DNA from: Candidatus Kapaibacterium sp. | GTDB lineage: Bacteria > Bacteroidota > Ignavibacteria > Kapaibacteriales > HRBIN21 | Assembly (NCBI GenBank): GCA_938084565.1 | Contig: CALKEU010000007.1 | Location: forward strand, 115,039-179,038 | Reading direction: 5' to 3' | DNA: 64,000 nucleotides | Part shown: positions 9,934 through 19,871 of the stretch, in pieces | Layout of the letters: every line of letters starts with the position of its first letter | Position numbering within the stretch: the first letter of the stretch is position 1 | Position numbers and translations under genes: made by a program | The notes under the pieces: model-generated | What the model was told of the DNA's origin: nothing | The model's input: the letters and a program-made list of their open reading frames with translations, nothing else | The model's database searches: none

Positions 9934-10358
9934 GGCAGGTGGCGCCGCAGAAATGTGTGAACAACCGTTACGAATGCTTGCACTTCCTCAGGGACATCGT
10001 CTCCAATACCCCACTGGAGGCGATAGCGGTGCTGCCCGTGGCGAAACTCTATGAATTCGGTCAGATTCCCACTTCCGGCAATTGTCAACTTCTTCTGCTC
10101 CCAGGCCACAAGCTGTCGGAAGAATGGTTGCAGGCTGTCTGCCGGCACATGTCCTACCTCCTCCATTCGCTCAGCCTGTCCCGGCATTTGACTCCAGCGA
10201 AAGACCCGTCCATCGGAGCGCACCAGATGTCCAGTATATAAGCCCGTAAAACCGCCACCCCGTCCGAGGAGGAACTCACCAACGACGGGAGCCTCCGAGT
10301 CTGCTCTGCTACAGCCTGCCACTGTTGCCATTGCGAGCACGAGAAAGGACCTCACCAT
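9930..10358 (-). CDS. Small lipoprotein of unknown function (GGGFTG motif)
   Basis: SD GGAGGAG, lipobox VAGC. Confidence 0.65.
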   Translation of the reverse strand: MVRSFLVLAMATVAGCSRADSEAPVVGEFLLGRGGGFTGLYTGHLVRSDGRVFRWSQMPGQAERMEEVGHVPADSLQPFFRQLVAWEQKKLTIAGSGNLTEFIEFRHGQHRYRLQWGIGDDVPEEVQAFVTVVHTFLRRHLP

Positions 10359-10377
10359 AGGTGCTCCTCCGCTGAAG

Positions 10378-11424
10378 CTACATATCGGTCGAAAGGCGCA
10401 GGCGGATGATGCGCCCATTGCCGGCATCAGCAATGTAGACCGTGCGATTGTAGACTGCTACCCCTGCCGGGGCTCGGAGCCGGTAGGGTCCTTCGCCCCG
10501 ATATCCCCGCACGAGCATTCCCGCCGGCGAGAGGACATAGAGGCTATCGGTCTCGGCATCAACTACGTAGACACTCCGATCGGGTCCGAAGGTAGCTCCT
10601 TCGGGGGCTTGGAAGCGCCCTGGCTGGAGCACGGTGTTGCTCTGCTGCGTCGGATCGAATTTCTGCCGCCATCCCGCTCCTTCCCCTGTTACGTAAGTCA
10701 GCCACTGCACCCGATACTGCATCGAGACTCCCCTTTGGGTAAAGACGAGCTCCCGGCCATCAGCCGAGAGAGCCAGGGAGCTGAGCTGCTCGATGGCGTT
10801 GAGAGCCACACCGATTGGGCGCACAATCGGAAGAGGAGAGCGCAGCCGATCATCCGGGCCAATGTGCAAGATCGCTTCGTCTGGGTCAATGGGCGAAGTA
10901 TTCTGCGGTCCAGTCCGGGCCAAGAGATAGCTATTGTCCGGCAGCACAGCAATCCCGGTAAAACGGCGCCACGGACGCTCGGGTTCACTATAGGCTACAA
11001 CGATACGGGCACGACTGATATCGTGCTGTGCCTCCCGCAATCGGATACGGAAGACCGCTCCAATGCGCGCAGGCCCACCCGGCAATAGGGTATCCAACTG
11101 CCCACACACGAGCAAATCAAAGTGCCCATCTTGGGCTAATGCAACCGGACGCCGAATTGGAGCTGATACCCCAATGGGTCGGCCAGCCAGATCGAGCATG
11201 ACGATGCGATCGTTGTCCGTATCGGCCACATAGATGAAAGGCTCTCGGCCCACTAGTACGTCGGAGGGATTGCGAAAGTTGCCCCAGATAGGCTCTAGCG
11301 GGATGTAGGCGGTATCGCCAATGCGGCTTGTATCGGAAGCTGGGGAGGTCGGTAGTGGAGGAGGTTCAGGCAAGCAGCCACTCAGCACGCTACAGATGAA
11401 GGCGGGGAGAAGAGCCCATCTCAT
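10378..11424 (-). CDS. NHL-repeat beta-propeller lipoprotein
   Basis: Lipobox LSGC; IYVADTDNDRI, PEGATFGPDRSVYVVD, PAGVAV..YIADAGNGRI; ATGA overlap with upstream gene. Confidence 0.8.
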   Translation of the reverse strand: MRWALLPAFICSVLSGCLPEPPPLPTSPASDTSRIGDTAYIPLEPIWGNFRNPSDVLVGREPFIYVADTDNDRIVMLDLAGRPIGVSAPIRRPVALAQDGHFDLLVCGQLDTLLPGGPARIGAVFRIRLREAQHDISRARIVVAYSEPERPWRRFTGIAVLPDNSYLLARTGPQNTSPIDPDEAILHIGPDDRLRSPLPIVRPIGVALNAIEQLSSLALSADGRELVFTQRGVSMQYRVQWLTYVTGEGAGWRQKFDPTQQSNTVLQPGRFQAPEGATFGPDRSVYVVDAETDSLYVLSPAGMLVRGYRGEGPYRLRAPAGVAVYNRTVYIADAGNGRIIRLRLSTDM

Positions 11425-12437
11425 GGCAGTTGCAACGGTTCCAGCACACAGCCCAGATACCAGACAAGCCCAAGCGGCTTTTGCGCCGACAGGGCCCAAT
11501 CCAGCCGTATCTTCAGTGGCGACACAGGGAGTGCAATACCGACACCCGCAGACCACCACTGCCGAGCATATGCTCGCAGGCCTGCCCGCAGAGACAGCTC
11601 TGCCGGGAAAGCAGCCGAGAAGCGGAAGGCATACTCGCTGGCCAGAGCGTAGCTTTCAGCCGCATCACTCGGGTGCTCGATGGCTACCATCCAGCTCCAC
11701 CGTTGCGCCTGCGTCTGCACTACTTCCCCTGCTGCACCAAGCCGAACAACCGTCGGCGGGGCAAATTCCTGGAAACCCTGATGTGGCTCCTCCACATAGG
11801 TAGGTGGACGGCGGACCGAGACTGTTCCCCGGCCCTTCAAGGGAAAGCCGAAATGAGAGATGGCAACCGCTAAGCGCAAGCTGCCGATGCCTGTCCAGTA
11901 GAGCGTTCCGGCATCCCAGAGGAGCCCCTGTAGGACTGCCTCAGCCCAACGCTCATGGAGATAGCGCAGAGCTATCCCCGCTGTAAATTGCTCTGTGAGC
12001 TGGTGAGCATATCCAATCCCAACAGTCCAGTGACCGAAGCGGACCTGACGACCTGTCCCGTAAGGACGGAACTCCGTTGTCTCCTCAATGGGCGGAACAA
12101 CAAGGGCGGAGGCCGAGACAAGTATTGTGCTCGGGTCCGCTATGTGATAGCTGAAGCAGGCTGCATGGTACCAGAGTTCGGCCACGAAGCGGTGGCTGAG
12201 AAGTCCCAATCCGTATGCTCCGTGGGGCCCACCTCCGAGGGCGGGATTGCTCCACACCCCTGTGACATCAGGCATGGCCAGCGCAGCCCTTGCAAGCGCT
12301 GCATCCCGAGCGCTCCCGAGCAATTGCAGTGCAACTGCGGTTGAAATCCCCAGACGCTCTTCGCCAAATCGCGGCAGCACTTGTGCACAGAGCGTCATCC
12401 ACAGGCATAAACTGCCGAGCAGAACTCTCCAACCCAT
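11421..12437 (-). CDS. Second, divergent PorV/PorQ-family beta-barrel
   Basis: Signal peptide; LQLLGSARDAALARA..WSNPALG; QFTAGIALRY; DAGTLYWTG..LRLAVAISHFG. Confidence 0.7.
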   Translation of the reverse strand: MGWRVLLGSLCLWMTLCAQVLPRFGEERLGISTAVALQLLGSARDAALARAALAMPDVTGVWSNPALGGGPHGAYGLGLLSHRFVAELWYHAACFSYHIADPSTILVSASALVVPPIEETTEFRPYGTGRQVRFGHWTVGIGYAHQLTEQFTAGIALRYLHERWAEAVLQGLLWDAGTLYWTGIGSLRLAVAISHFGFPLKGRGTVSVRRPPTYVEEPHQGFQEFAPPTVVRLGAAGEVVQTQAQRWSWMVAIEHPSDAAESYALASEYAFRFSAAFPAELSLRAGLRAYARQWWSAGVGIALPVSPLKIRLDWALSAQKPLGLVWYLGCVLEPLQLP

Positions 12438-13201
12438 CAGTGCCGTGCTACCCCGCCATCGACATTAATGGTCTGCCCCGTGATAATGCCCGAGGCCGGC
12501 AGTGCAAGAAATGCCACAACATTGGCGATATCCTCTGGTTCATCGGCCCGATGAACTGCCTGCGTCGGCAGAATGTGCTGCAGAATGGTCTGCGAAAGCG
12601 CCGACGCATTGGGCCGCTGCGTTGCCGTCAGCCCCACGGTGATAGCATTGACCGTAATACCATACCGGCCCACTTCGGCTGCCAATGACCGCACAAAACC
12701 AATGATGCCCATCTTCGCAGTGACGTAGTGCACCAGATAGGGTGTCCCCAGCCACACCGTGTCAGAGGACAGCACAATGATGCGCCCGAAGCCCCGCTGC
12801 TTCATCGATGGCAATACGGCTTTGACGGTTAAGAAGAGGCTGTTGAGGGTCACCTCCAGCATCCGCTGCCACTGTTCGAAGCTGAGCAGCTCAAAGGGCT
12901 CCTCCTCGTAGAGTCCCACGTTGTGCACCAGGATATCCACCCCACCCCAGTGCGCAACGATAGAGGCCATCATACGCTCGACATCGGCCGGCTGTGTCAG
13001 ATCAGCCTGGACGGTCAGCACTTCACCCCCGAGCTGGCGAACCGCTTCGGCCGTCTGGCTAGCATCGGCAATATCGGCAATGACAATGCGGGCACCCTCT
13101 TCGGCCAAACGCTCGCAGAAGGCACGGCCATTTCCCACGGCTGCGCCTGTGACCAGGGCCACACGCCCCTGCAGTCCGTGCTCGAAACGGTGGATTTGCA
13201 T
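12437..13201 (-). CDS. Classical NAD(H)-dependent short-chain dehydrogenase/reductase
   Basis: TGAAVGNG, acidic residue after beta-2 (IADIAD), YVTAK, TGQTINVDGG. Confidence 0.9.
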   Translation of the reverse strand: MQIHRFEHGLQGRVALVTGAAVGNGRAFCERLAEEGARIVIADIADASQTAEAVRQLGGEVLTVQADLTQPADVERMMASIVAHWGGVDILVHNVGLYEEEPFELLSFEQWQRMLEVTLNSLFLTVKAVLPSMKQRGFGRIIVLSSDTVWLGTPYLVHYVTAKMGIIGFVRSLAAEVGRYGITVNAITVGLTATQRPNASALSQTILQHILPTQAVHRADEPEDIANVVAFLALPASGIITGQTINVDGGVARH

Positions 13202-13205
13202 CCCC

Positions 13206-14480
13206 TCACGGCTGGCGCTGCTCCGAAGCTGGAACCTGTCCCCAATGATTCTGCGCAAGCCCGGCCGCAATACGCTCCCGCGCCTCCGGTGTCAGTAAGC
13301 CGAGCTCCTTTCCAACGCGGGCGAAAACCTCCAGAATGCGCTCCAGATGCTCGTCCTCGTGAGTAGCCATGTAACTTGTGCGCAGCATGCTCATGTTCGG
13401 CGGCACCCCGGGCGGGATAAAGGTATTCACATAGACCCCAGCATCGAAGAGCTTGCGCCAGAAGAGCAACGCTGTCTCTACATCGCCAACAATGACGGGC
13501 ACAATCGCCGTCTGCCCGTCCAGCGTATGGAAGCCCAGCTCCCGAAAGCCCTGGCGCATCTTGGCAGCGTTTCGAATGAGCCGGTCGACCAGTTCGGGCT
13601 GCTGTTCGAGAATCTCCAGCGCCGCTAATGCCGCTGCACAAGAGGCAGGGGTCGGACTGGCGCTGAAGATGAGCGCCGCTGAGTGGTGCTTGAGGTAGTT
13701 GATCACCCGCTCAGGCCCTGCCACAAATCCTCCCAGTGAAGCAAAAGTTTTCGAGAAGGTGCCCATCGTCAAATCCGTCTGCTCGGTCAGCCCAAAGAAG
13801 CTCGCCGTTCCACGCCCCCCAACGCCGATGACTCCAATGGCGTGGGCATCGTCGATGAGGACGCGCGCACCATACCGATGCGCAATCTCTAGCAGACGGG
13901 GCAGATCTACAATTTCGCCCGTCACAGAGAAGACCCCGTCGGAGACAACCAGTTTGTTGGCCCCTTCCGGCAGACGCACGAGCACCCGCTCTAGGTCCTC
14001 CATGTCATTGTGCCGATAGCGCACGAATTCGGCCCCCATCCCTTTCGCAATCAGGGCTCCGGTCACGATCGAGGCGTGGTTTTCACGGTCGCTGATGACG
14101 TAATCGCCCTTCTGCACCAAGCCGGCAATAGTACCTAACGCCGTCTGGAAGCCTGTGCTGAAGAGCAGTACTGCTTCGTAGCCGAGAAACCGGGCCAGAC
14201 GCTCCTCGAGCTCAATGTGCAAATCCAACGTGCCGGTCAAATATCGAGATCCGGAACACCCCGTCCCATACTTACGGATGGCCGCAATAGCGGCCTCCTT
14301 CACCTTTGGGTGCGTCGTCAACCCCAAGTAGTTATTGGAACCGGCCATGATGACCTTTCGTCCCCCGATGGTCACCACCGGCCCCTCGTTCTCCTGGATG
14401 GGGTGGAAGTACGGGTAGAGCCCTTGGGCTTTGACTTCATCAGCGCGTGTGAAGGCGTAGCAACGCTCGAAGAGATCCAC
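13206..14480 (-). CDS. PLP-dependent alpha-oxoamine synthase, serine palmitoyltransferase-like
   Basis: [36 protein letters not shown] (PLP Lys), IFSAS; GTG start with SD AGGAGG. Confidence 0.75.
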   Translation of the reverse strand: MDLFERCYAFTRADEVKAQGLYPYFHPIQENEGPVVTIGGRKVIMAGSNNYLGLTTHPKVKEAAIAAIRKYGTGCSGSRYLTGTLDLHIELEERLARFLGYEAVLLFSTGFQTALGTIAGLVQKGDYVISDRENHASIVTGALIAKGMGAEFVRYRHNDMEDLERVLVRLPEGANKLVVSDGVFSVTGEIVDLPRLLEIAHRYGARVLIDDAHAIGVIGVGGRGTASFFGLTEQTDLTMGTFSKTFASLGGFVAGPERVINYLKHHSAALIFSASPTPASCAAALAALEILEQQPELVDRLIRNAAKMRQGFRELGFHTLDGQTAIVPVIVGDVETALLFWRKLFDAGVYVNTFIPPGVPPNMSMLRTSYMATHEDEHLERILEVFARVGKELGLLTPEARERIAAGLAQNHWGQVPASEQRQP

Positions 14481-14550
14481 GCTTGTCCTCCTGCCGTAAT
14501 GCTACTTCCCACTGGTCAACGGCTGCAAATATCTGAAAAAGTTAGCCGAG

Positions 14551-15180
14551 CTACAGCATGCTCGGCTGGCGTGCAGAGACACACGGAGATGTCCGCAGGA
14601 AGAAGCGCAGCAGGAGCTCACGTCCCCGTCGAACCCCAATACGCGGGCTCTGCTCGATGTCTTCTTCTGGAATGGGCTCTGCCGGAGCCTGGAGGAACAG
14701 CTCCGGAGTGCAGACCGAGCGGCCATTGTGCGAGAGCGTCAAGCCGAAGGCACGAGCTAAGTTTGCCGGACCCCGACAGAGCTCAACATCAGCCACCGCC
14801 CCACGGCGCCGCCGAAAGAGCTCATGACCGAGCACGGGCTCGGCTGCTCGCAACAGCACTGCTGCCCCACGTCCGGCTTCTTCTGTGACCACGTTGACAC
14901 AGTGGTGCTTCCCATAGATGGCGTACACGTAGAGCACTCCTCCGGGCTCAAACATAGCGGCATTGCGCCGCGTCTTTCCTCGATATGCATGGTTGGCCGG
15001 ATCCGCCTCCGGGAGATACGCCTCTACCTCAACGAGCCGAGCTGCACACCAGCCTTCAGCCTCCCGCTTGACTAGAAGCGCCCCGAGCAGAGCCCGAGCA
15101 ACTTCCACGGTCGGACGTCGGAAAAAAGCGCACGGAAATGCACGCTCTGGCTCGACAACAAACAGCGCCATTGCCGTCAT
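14551..15180 (-). CDS. DNA-3-methyladenine glycosylase (MPG/AAG family)
   Basis: VEVEAY, DPANH, YVYAIYGKHHCVNVV, AVLLRAAEP, GPANL, PRIGV. Confidence 0.92.
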   Translation of the reverse strand: MTAMALFVVEPERAFPCAFFRRPTVEVARALLGALLVKREAEGWCAARLVEVEAYLPEADPANHAYRGKTRRNAAMFEPGGVLYVYAIYGKHHCVNVVTEEAGRGAAVLLRAAEPVLGHELFRRRRGAVADVELCRGPANLARAFGLTLSHNGRSVCTPELFLQAPAEPIPEEDIEQSPRIGVRRGRELLLRFFLRTSPCVSARQPSML

Positions 15181-15303
15181 CGTCTTAAGCCGGTGTCTAC
15201 CAGCGGGGTCAAAAGACGTACTACCGCTACGGTGTCTGCTATATGTCCGCCCGACTCCTCAACAGGAAGTGCTCGGCCCGTGGATTTGTAAGTCCTGCGG
15301 CAG

Positions 15304-16725
15304 ATGGCCATTGTTGAGGAACTTCTCGACCATGTCCGCCAATGGCTGCAGCAGGCCGGTGTCTGTGCGTCATCGCGCCTTCTGTGTGCCGTCAGCGGAG
15401 GGGTAGACTCAGTAGTGCTTCTCGACCTCCTGCGACAGCTGTCCTCTTCTTTGGGCTTTGCACTCGGGATTGCACACGCTGACCACAGCCTCCGAGGAGA
15501 ACAGTCGCGCCGGGAGGCAAGCTTTGTCGAACAGCTTGCCGTCGAGCATGGGCTTCCCATCCTCCTGGAGGTGCTCCCAGTCCGGCAATATGCTCGCCAG
15601 CATCGTTGCAGCATTGAGCTCGCCGCCCGCCGTCTCCGGTACGATTTTTTCGCTCGGGCAGCTCAGCAATTCAGCGCCACACACCTTGCGCTAGCCCATA
15701 CGGCCGACGACAACGCCGAGACCATTCTCCTCAATCTCTTGCGGGGAGCAGGGCTTGAGGGCTTGGCAGGAATACCCCCACAGCGAGAGCTCCTGCCCGG
15801 CTGTCAGCTCATTCGGCCACTTCTTGCTTTCCGGAAGCAGCAGCTCTATGCCTATGCTCATGCTCGCAGACTCCAGTGGTGCGAAGATACGAGCAACCGC
15901 GATCGGCGCTTCCGGCGCAATCGCATCCGCTGGGAACTCCTGCCCTGTGCTGAGGCTATTGTCCCACAGGCTGTGCTCAGTATCTGCCGCGCTGGCACCT
16001 TGCTCCGGCAAGCCCTGGAGGGGATTGCTCAGGTCGTGGAGCCTTATCTGCAACGGGCAGCCTTGCCCGACGGGGGGTTCTTCTTTCGCGAAGCAGACTG
16101 GGACGCCCTCCCCCCCTTCTTCCGGGCTGAGCTCCTGCGAGCTGCGCTGCGGCGCTTGGGCTCGCCATATGGGCCTCCATTCGACCGACTCACTCGTGCT
16201 CTGGCTCTCCGCACAGCCTCTACGGGCAAACGCTGCATGCTGACTCGCGATGCCACACTCGTGCGCGAACGCACTGGCTTGAGCCTCTTACCGCTCACCC
16301 CAGCACTGCCGGAACTCCTCGTGCACCCCCGCGGACGCTATCGGCTCGGGATGTGGGAGCTGGAGTTTTCGGCCGTGACTGCCTCCGAGGTTGATTTCAG
16401 CGCCGATGCCTCTATCGCCTTCGTCGACGCCGACTGCCTCCCCGATACCCTCTGCTGGCGTCCCCCACGCGCAGGCGATCGCTTCCACCCGCTGGGTATG
16501 CCACGGGAGATGAAGCTAGGGGATTTCCTGACGAACCAGCGCTTACCGTACTGGCGCCGTCGCTCTCTGACGGTGCTGGCCGTCGGCTCCCGTATCCTCT
16601 GGGTCTGTGGCCTCCGCCTCAGTGAGACGGTCAAGCTCACTGAGCGCACACGGCGTATTCTCCGTCTCCACCTTCGCCATGTCCCACCTGCAGGCACTCC
16701 GGCTCATGCCCGCACAACAGCTTGA
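15304..16725 (+). CDS. tilS: tRNA(Ile)-lysidine synthase
   Basis: AVSGGVDS PP-loop, ARRLRY, AHTADDNAET, IRPLL, RNRIR; C-terminal domain. Confidence 0.95.
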   Translation: MAIVEELLDHVRQWLQQAGVCASSRLLCAVSGGVDSVVLLDLLRQLSSSLGFALGIAHADHSLRGEQSRREASFVEQLAVEHGLPILLEVLPVRQYARQHRCSIELAARRLRYDFFARAAQQFSATHLALAHTADDNAETILLNLLRGAGLEGLAGIPPQRELLPGCQLIRPLLAFRKQQLYAYAHARRLQWCEDTSNRDRRFRRNRIRWELLPCAEAIVPQAVLSICRAGTLLRQALEGIAQVVEPYLQRAALPDGGFFFREADWDALPPFFRAELLRAALRRLGSPYGPPFDRLTRALALRTASTGKRCMLTRDATLVRERTGLSLLPLTPALPELLVHPRGRYRLGMWELEFSAVTASEVDFSADASIAFVDADCLPDTLCWRPPRAGDRFHPLGMPREMKLGDFLTNQRLPYWRRRSLTVLAVGSRILWVCGLRLSETVKLTERTRRILRLHLRHVPPAGTPAHARTTA

Positions 16726-17257
16726 GGTGCACGGGAAGCGCTTCCGGCTCTTCCTGCCGCGCCATGAGATCGCGCGCTGCGTCCGCCATCTGGCCGAACG
16801 CATCCAGGCTGACTACGCCGGTAAGGAGCTGACCTGTGTCGTCGTCCTCAAAGGGGCCTTTATCTTTGCTGCGGATCTGCTCCGGGAACTCTCCCTTCCC
16901 TGCCGCGTTGAGATGGTGCGCGCCCAGAGCTACGGCATGCAGATGCACTCCTCCGGGACTATCCACCTCGAACCGGCCCAGCTCGATCTCCGCAATCGCC
17001 ACGTACTGGTCATCGAAGACATTGTCGATACAGGGCTAACCCTTCAAGCTCTGGTTGCGCAGCTGCACGCCCAGCACCCAGCCTCACTCCACATTGTTGC
17101 ACTTCTTGCAAAGCCGCCTGCACAGACACTCTCCGTGCCGCTGACATACGTAGGCAAGCACATCCCCCCTGTTTTCGTCATCGGCTACGGGATGGATTAT
17201 GCCGAAGCTGGGCGCACACTGCCGGATATCTACGCCGTAGACGAACACCTCAGCTGA
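16706..17257 (+). CDS. hpt: Hypoxanthine phosphoribosyltransferase
   Basis: VLKGAFIFAADL, VIEDIVDTGLTL, FVIGYGMDY; tilS-hpt-ftsH synteny. Confidence 0.93.
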   Translation: MPAQQLEVHGKRFRLFLPRHEIARCVRHLAERIQADYAGKELTCVVVLKGAFIFAADLLRELSLPCRVEMVRAQSYGMQMHSSGTIHLEPAQLDLRNRHVLVIEDIVDTGLTLQALVAQLHAQHPASLHIVALLAKPPAQTLSVPLTYVGKHIPPVFVIGYGMDYAEAGRTLPDIYAVDEHLS

Positions 17258-17313
17258 GGGCAATCCCGTCCAGAAACGTACGTCCATTGCTGTGTCAAAG
17301 TCGCCGTATACTC

Positions 17314-19866
17314 ATGCATCAGCCCAACACGCGTATGCCATCCCATGAGCCAACCCCCTTGGGGCGACTGTTCCGCACCCTAGTAGGCTGGATGCTGCTG
17401 TTGATGGGCATTTTTCTCTTCTACCTCGTGCTGCGCGGGACCGACCGGCCAGAGTGGCCCATCAGCTACACGGAGTACCGGCAGTTGCTGGAAGAGGGGA
17501 AAATTGAATCGGCTACCATCGTCAAGTCACGCTTCAACGACTACGAATTCCACGGCGTCCTCAAAGAGCCCATCACACTCATCCGCGATGGACGTCCCCG
17601 CCAAGTCCGCTACATCGTCACCAAGCTCGGTGTACTCGATGCCGAGACAGAGCGGCTGTGGGCCGAAAAAGGGATTACCTGGACCTACGAATCCGGCGAT
17701 AACCCGTGGTGGGAGAGCCTCCTGTCTATCCTCCCCTGGGTAGCTCTGATTGCCATTTACTTCCTGCTGCTGCAACGCATGCAGGTGGGGGCTACGCGCA
17801 ATATCTTTTCGTTCGGTAAAGCTCGCGTCCGCCTCAACGATCCCTCACAGCCGCGGGTAACCTTCGACGACGTGGCTGGCGCAGAAGAAGCCAAGGAGGA
17901 ACTCCGTGAGATCATCGAGTTCCTGCGCCATCCCGAGCGTTTCCGCACCCTTGGGGCCAAAATCCCGAAGGGAGTATTGCTGGTCGGCCCTCCGGGGACT
18001 GGGAAGACGCTGCTGGCCCGGGCTGTTGCTGGAGAAGCGGGAGTCCCCTTCTTCTCCATTTCTGGGGCCGACTTCGTGGAGATGTTCGTCGGCGTTGGAG
18101 CCGCTCGAGTCCGGGATCTCTTCGAGCAAGCTAAACGCCATGCCCCCTGTATTGTCTTCATCGACGAGCTCGATGCTGTCGGACGCCAACGTGGGGCGGG
18201 TCTGGGGGGAGGCCACGACGAGCGGGAGCAGACACTCAACCAGCTCCTGGTCGAAATGGATGGCTTCGAACAGAATAGCGGCATTGTGGTGCTAGCGGCT
18301 ACCAACCGCCCCGATATCCTCGATCCAGCACTGCTGCGTCCCGGTCGTTTCGATCGGCGTATTGTGGTAGACTTGCCCGATGTTCGCGGCCGTGAGCAGA
18401 TCCTCCGTGTCCATACCCGCCGCACTCCGCTTGCTCCCGATGTGGATCTTGCACAGTTGGCCAAAAGCACTCCCGGATTCTCAGGCGCAGACCTGGCAAA
18501 CCTGGTCAATGAGGCAGCCCTCTTGGCGGCTCGACGCAATAGCCGCTTTGTGACAATGCAGGACTTCGAAGACGCCCGTGACAAGATCCTCATGGGCATT
18601 GAACGGCGCAGCCTCGTACTCTCGGAAGAGGAGCGCCGTATTACAGCATACCACGAAGCCGGCCACGCCTTAGTAGCCAAACTCCTCCCAACGGCCGACC
18701 CCATCCACAAGGTCACAATTATTCCACGTGGGCGCGCACTCGGCCTGACCGCTCAATTGCCGGAAGAGGATCGTTACACGCTCGCCAAAGAGTACATCGA
18801 AGACCGCATCGTCATGACGCTGGGCGGGCGGGCAGCTGAAAAGGTTGTCTTCAATCGCATCACCACAGGCGCTGCCAATGACCTGGAACATGCCACGCGG
18901 CTGGCGCGGAAGATGGTCTGCGAATGGGGAATGAGCGAGGTACTCGGCCCCGTGGCTCTCAGCAATCGACACGAGGAGGTCTTCCTCGGCCGGGAAATTG
19001 TCCAGCCGCGGGAGTACAGTGAAGAAACTGCACGGCTCATCGACGCGGAGGTGCGCCGGATCGTGACTGAGGCTATGGAGAAAGCCGAGCGTCTACTGCG
19101 GGAGCATTTGGATGCGCTCCACCGTATCGCACAGGCACTGCTCGAGCGCGAGGTTCTAACGGGCGAAGATCTCGAGCGCCTCCTCCGCACCACCACCTCC
19201 TCCGATCCCGCAGCCCCTGGCCCCATCCACGACGGTGCACCGATCCACATACCTACCTCCCCCACGGCTGAGCCCCTCTCCAGCCCGACTTTCCCGGACC
19301 AACACTTTGCTTTGGTCGAACTACGCCAACTGGCAGACCAGCTCGCACATCAGCTCGGCTATACCGATGCGCTCACGTTCGCTCATCAACGGCTCAAGCT
19401 GCCTCTCTCTCCCTCTCCAGCACCGACTACAGTGAACGAATTGCAAACGCAGACCACTGAGCTTGCTCTCCGAGCGGGCTTCTCGAGCGTGCATCAGGCT
19501 GCTCGCACCGCAGGCATCCAGCTCACCGATGGCGATGAGCACGCCTGGCGGGAACTGTGGCAGTACTTGCAGGATCAGCTACAGCACAAGGCCTGGACGG
19601 AGCTGATCAGTCATCTCCAGCAAGAGCTCCAACAACAGCGACGGCTCACAACGATGTCGCTAGCCGAGCTGCAGGAAGCCGTGCACAATCTCCTCTACTG
19701 GCTTGGATACCGAAGCGTCGATGAGGCGGCCCATGCCCTCCATATCCGGCTCGACGGCTCCGAAGGAGCATGGCGCCGCTTGTTGCTTGCTATGGAAGCA
19801 CAGCTGCGGGAGCGCCTTCAGCGGCGCCAGACTGAGGCACAGCCCTCTTCTGAGGCCGACTCCTAA
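17314..19866 (+). CDS. ftsH: ATP-dependent zinc metalloprotease FtsH with long C-terminal extension
   Basis: Two TM helices, [33 protein letters not shown]. Start is 17314 or 17335. Confidence 0.96.
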   Translation: MHQPNTRMPSHEPTPLGRLFRTLVGWMLLLMGIFLFYLVLRGTDRPEWPISYTEYRQLLEEGKIESATIVKSRFNDYEFHGVLKEPITLIRDGRPRQVRYIVTKLGVLDAETERLWAEKGITWTYESGDNPWWESLLSILPWVALIAIYFLLLQRMQVGATRNIFSFGKARVRLNDPSQPRVTFDDVAGAEEAKEELREIIEFLRHPERFRTLGAKIPKGVLLVGPPGTGKTLLARAVAGEAGVPFFSISGADFVEMFVGVGAARVRDLFEQAKRHAPCIVFIDELDAVGRQRGAGLGGGHDEREQTLNQLLVEMDGFEQNSGIVVLAATNRPDILDPALLRPGRFDRRIVVDLPDVRGREQILRVHTRRTPLAPDVDLAQLAKSTPGFSGADLANLVNEAALLAARRNSRFVTMQDFEDARDKILMGIERRSLVLSEEERRITAYHEAGHALVAKLLPTADPIHKVTIIPRGRALGLTAQLPEEDRYTLAKEYIEDRIVMTLGGRAAEKVVFNRITTGAANDLEHATRLARKMVCEWGMSEVLGPVALSNRHEEVFLGREIVQPREYSEETARLIDAEVRRIVTEAMEKAERLLREHLDALHRIAQALLEREVLTGEDLERLLRTTTSSDPAAPGPIHDGAPIHIPTSPTAEPLSSPTFPDQHFALVELRQLADQLAHQLGYTDALTFAHQRLKLPLSPSPAPTTVNELQTQTTELALRAGFSSVHQAARTAGIQLTDGDEHAWRELWQYLQDQLQHKAWTELISHLQQELQQQRRLTTMSLAELQEAVHNLLYWLGYRSVDEAAHALHIRLDGSEGAWRRLLLAMEAQLRERLQRRQTEAQPSSEADS

Positions 19867-19871
19867 ACCGG

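Noticed and set aside
17757..18716. 319-aa ORF antisense to ftsH, and many similar overlapping ORFs in the track
   Set aside because: Shadow frames expected in GC-rich coding DNA; Arg/Ser-rich with no recognisable motifs.
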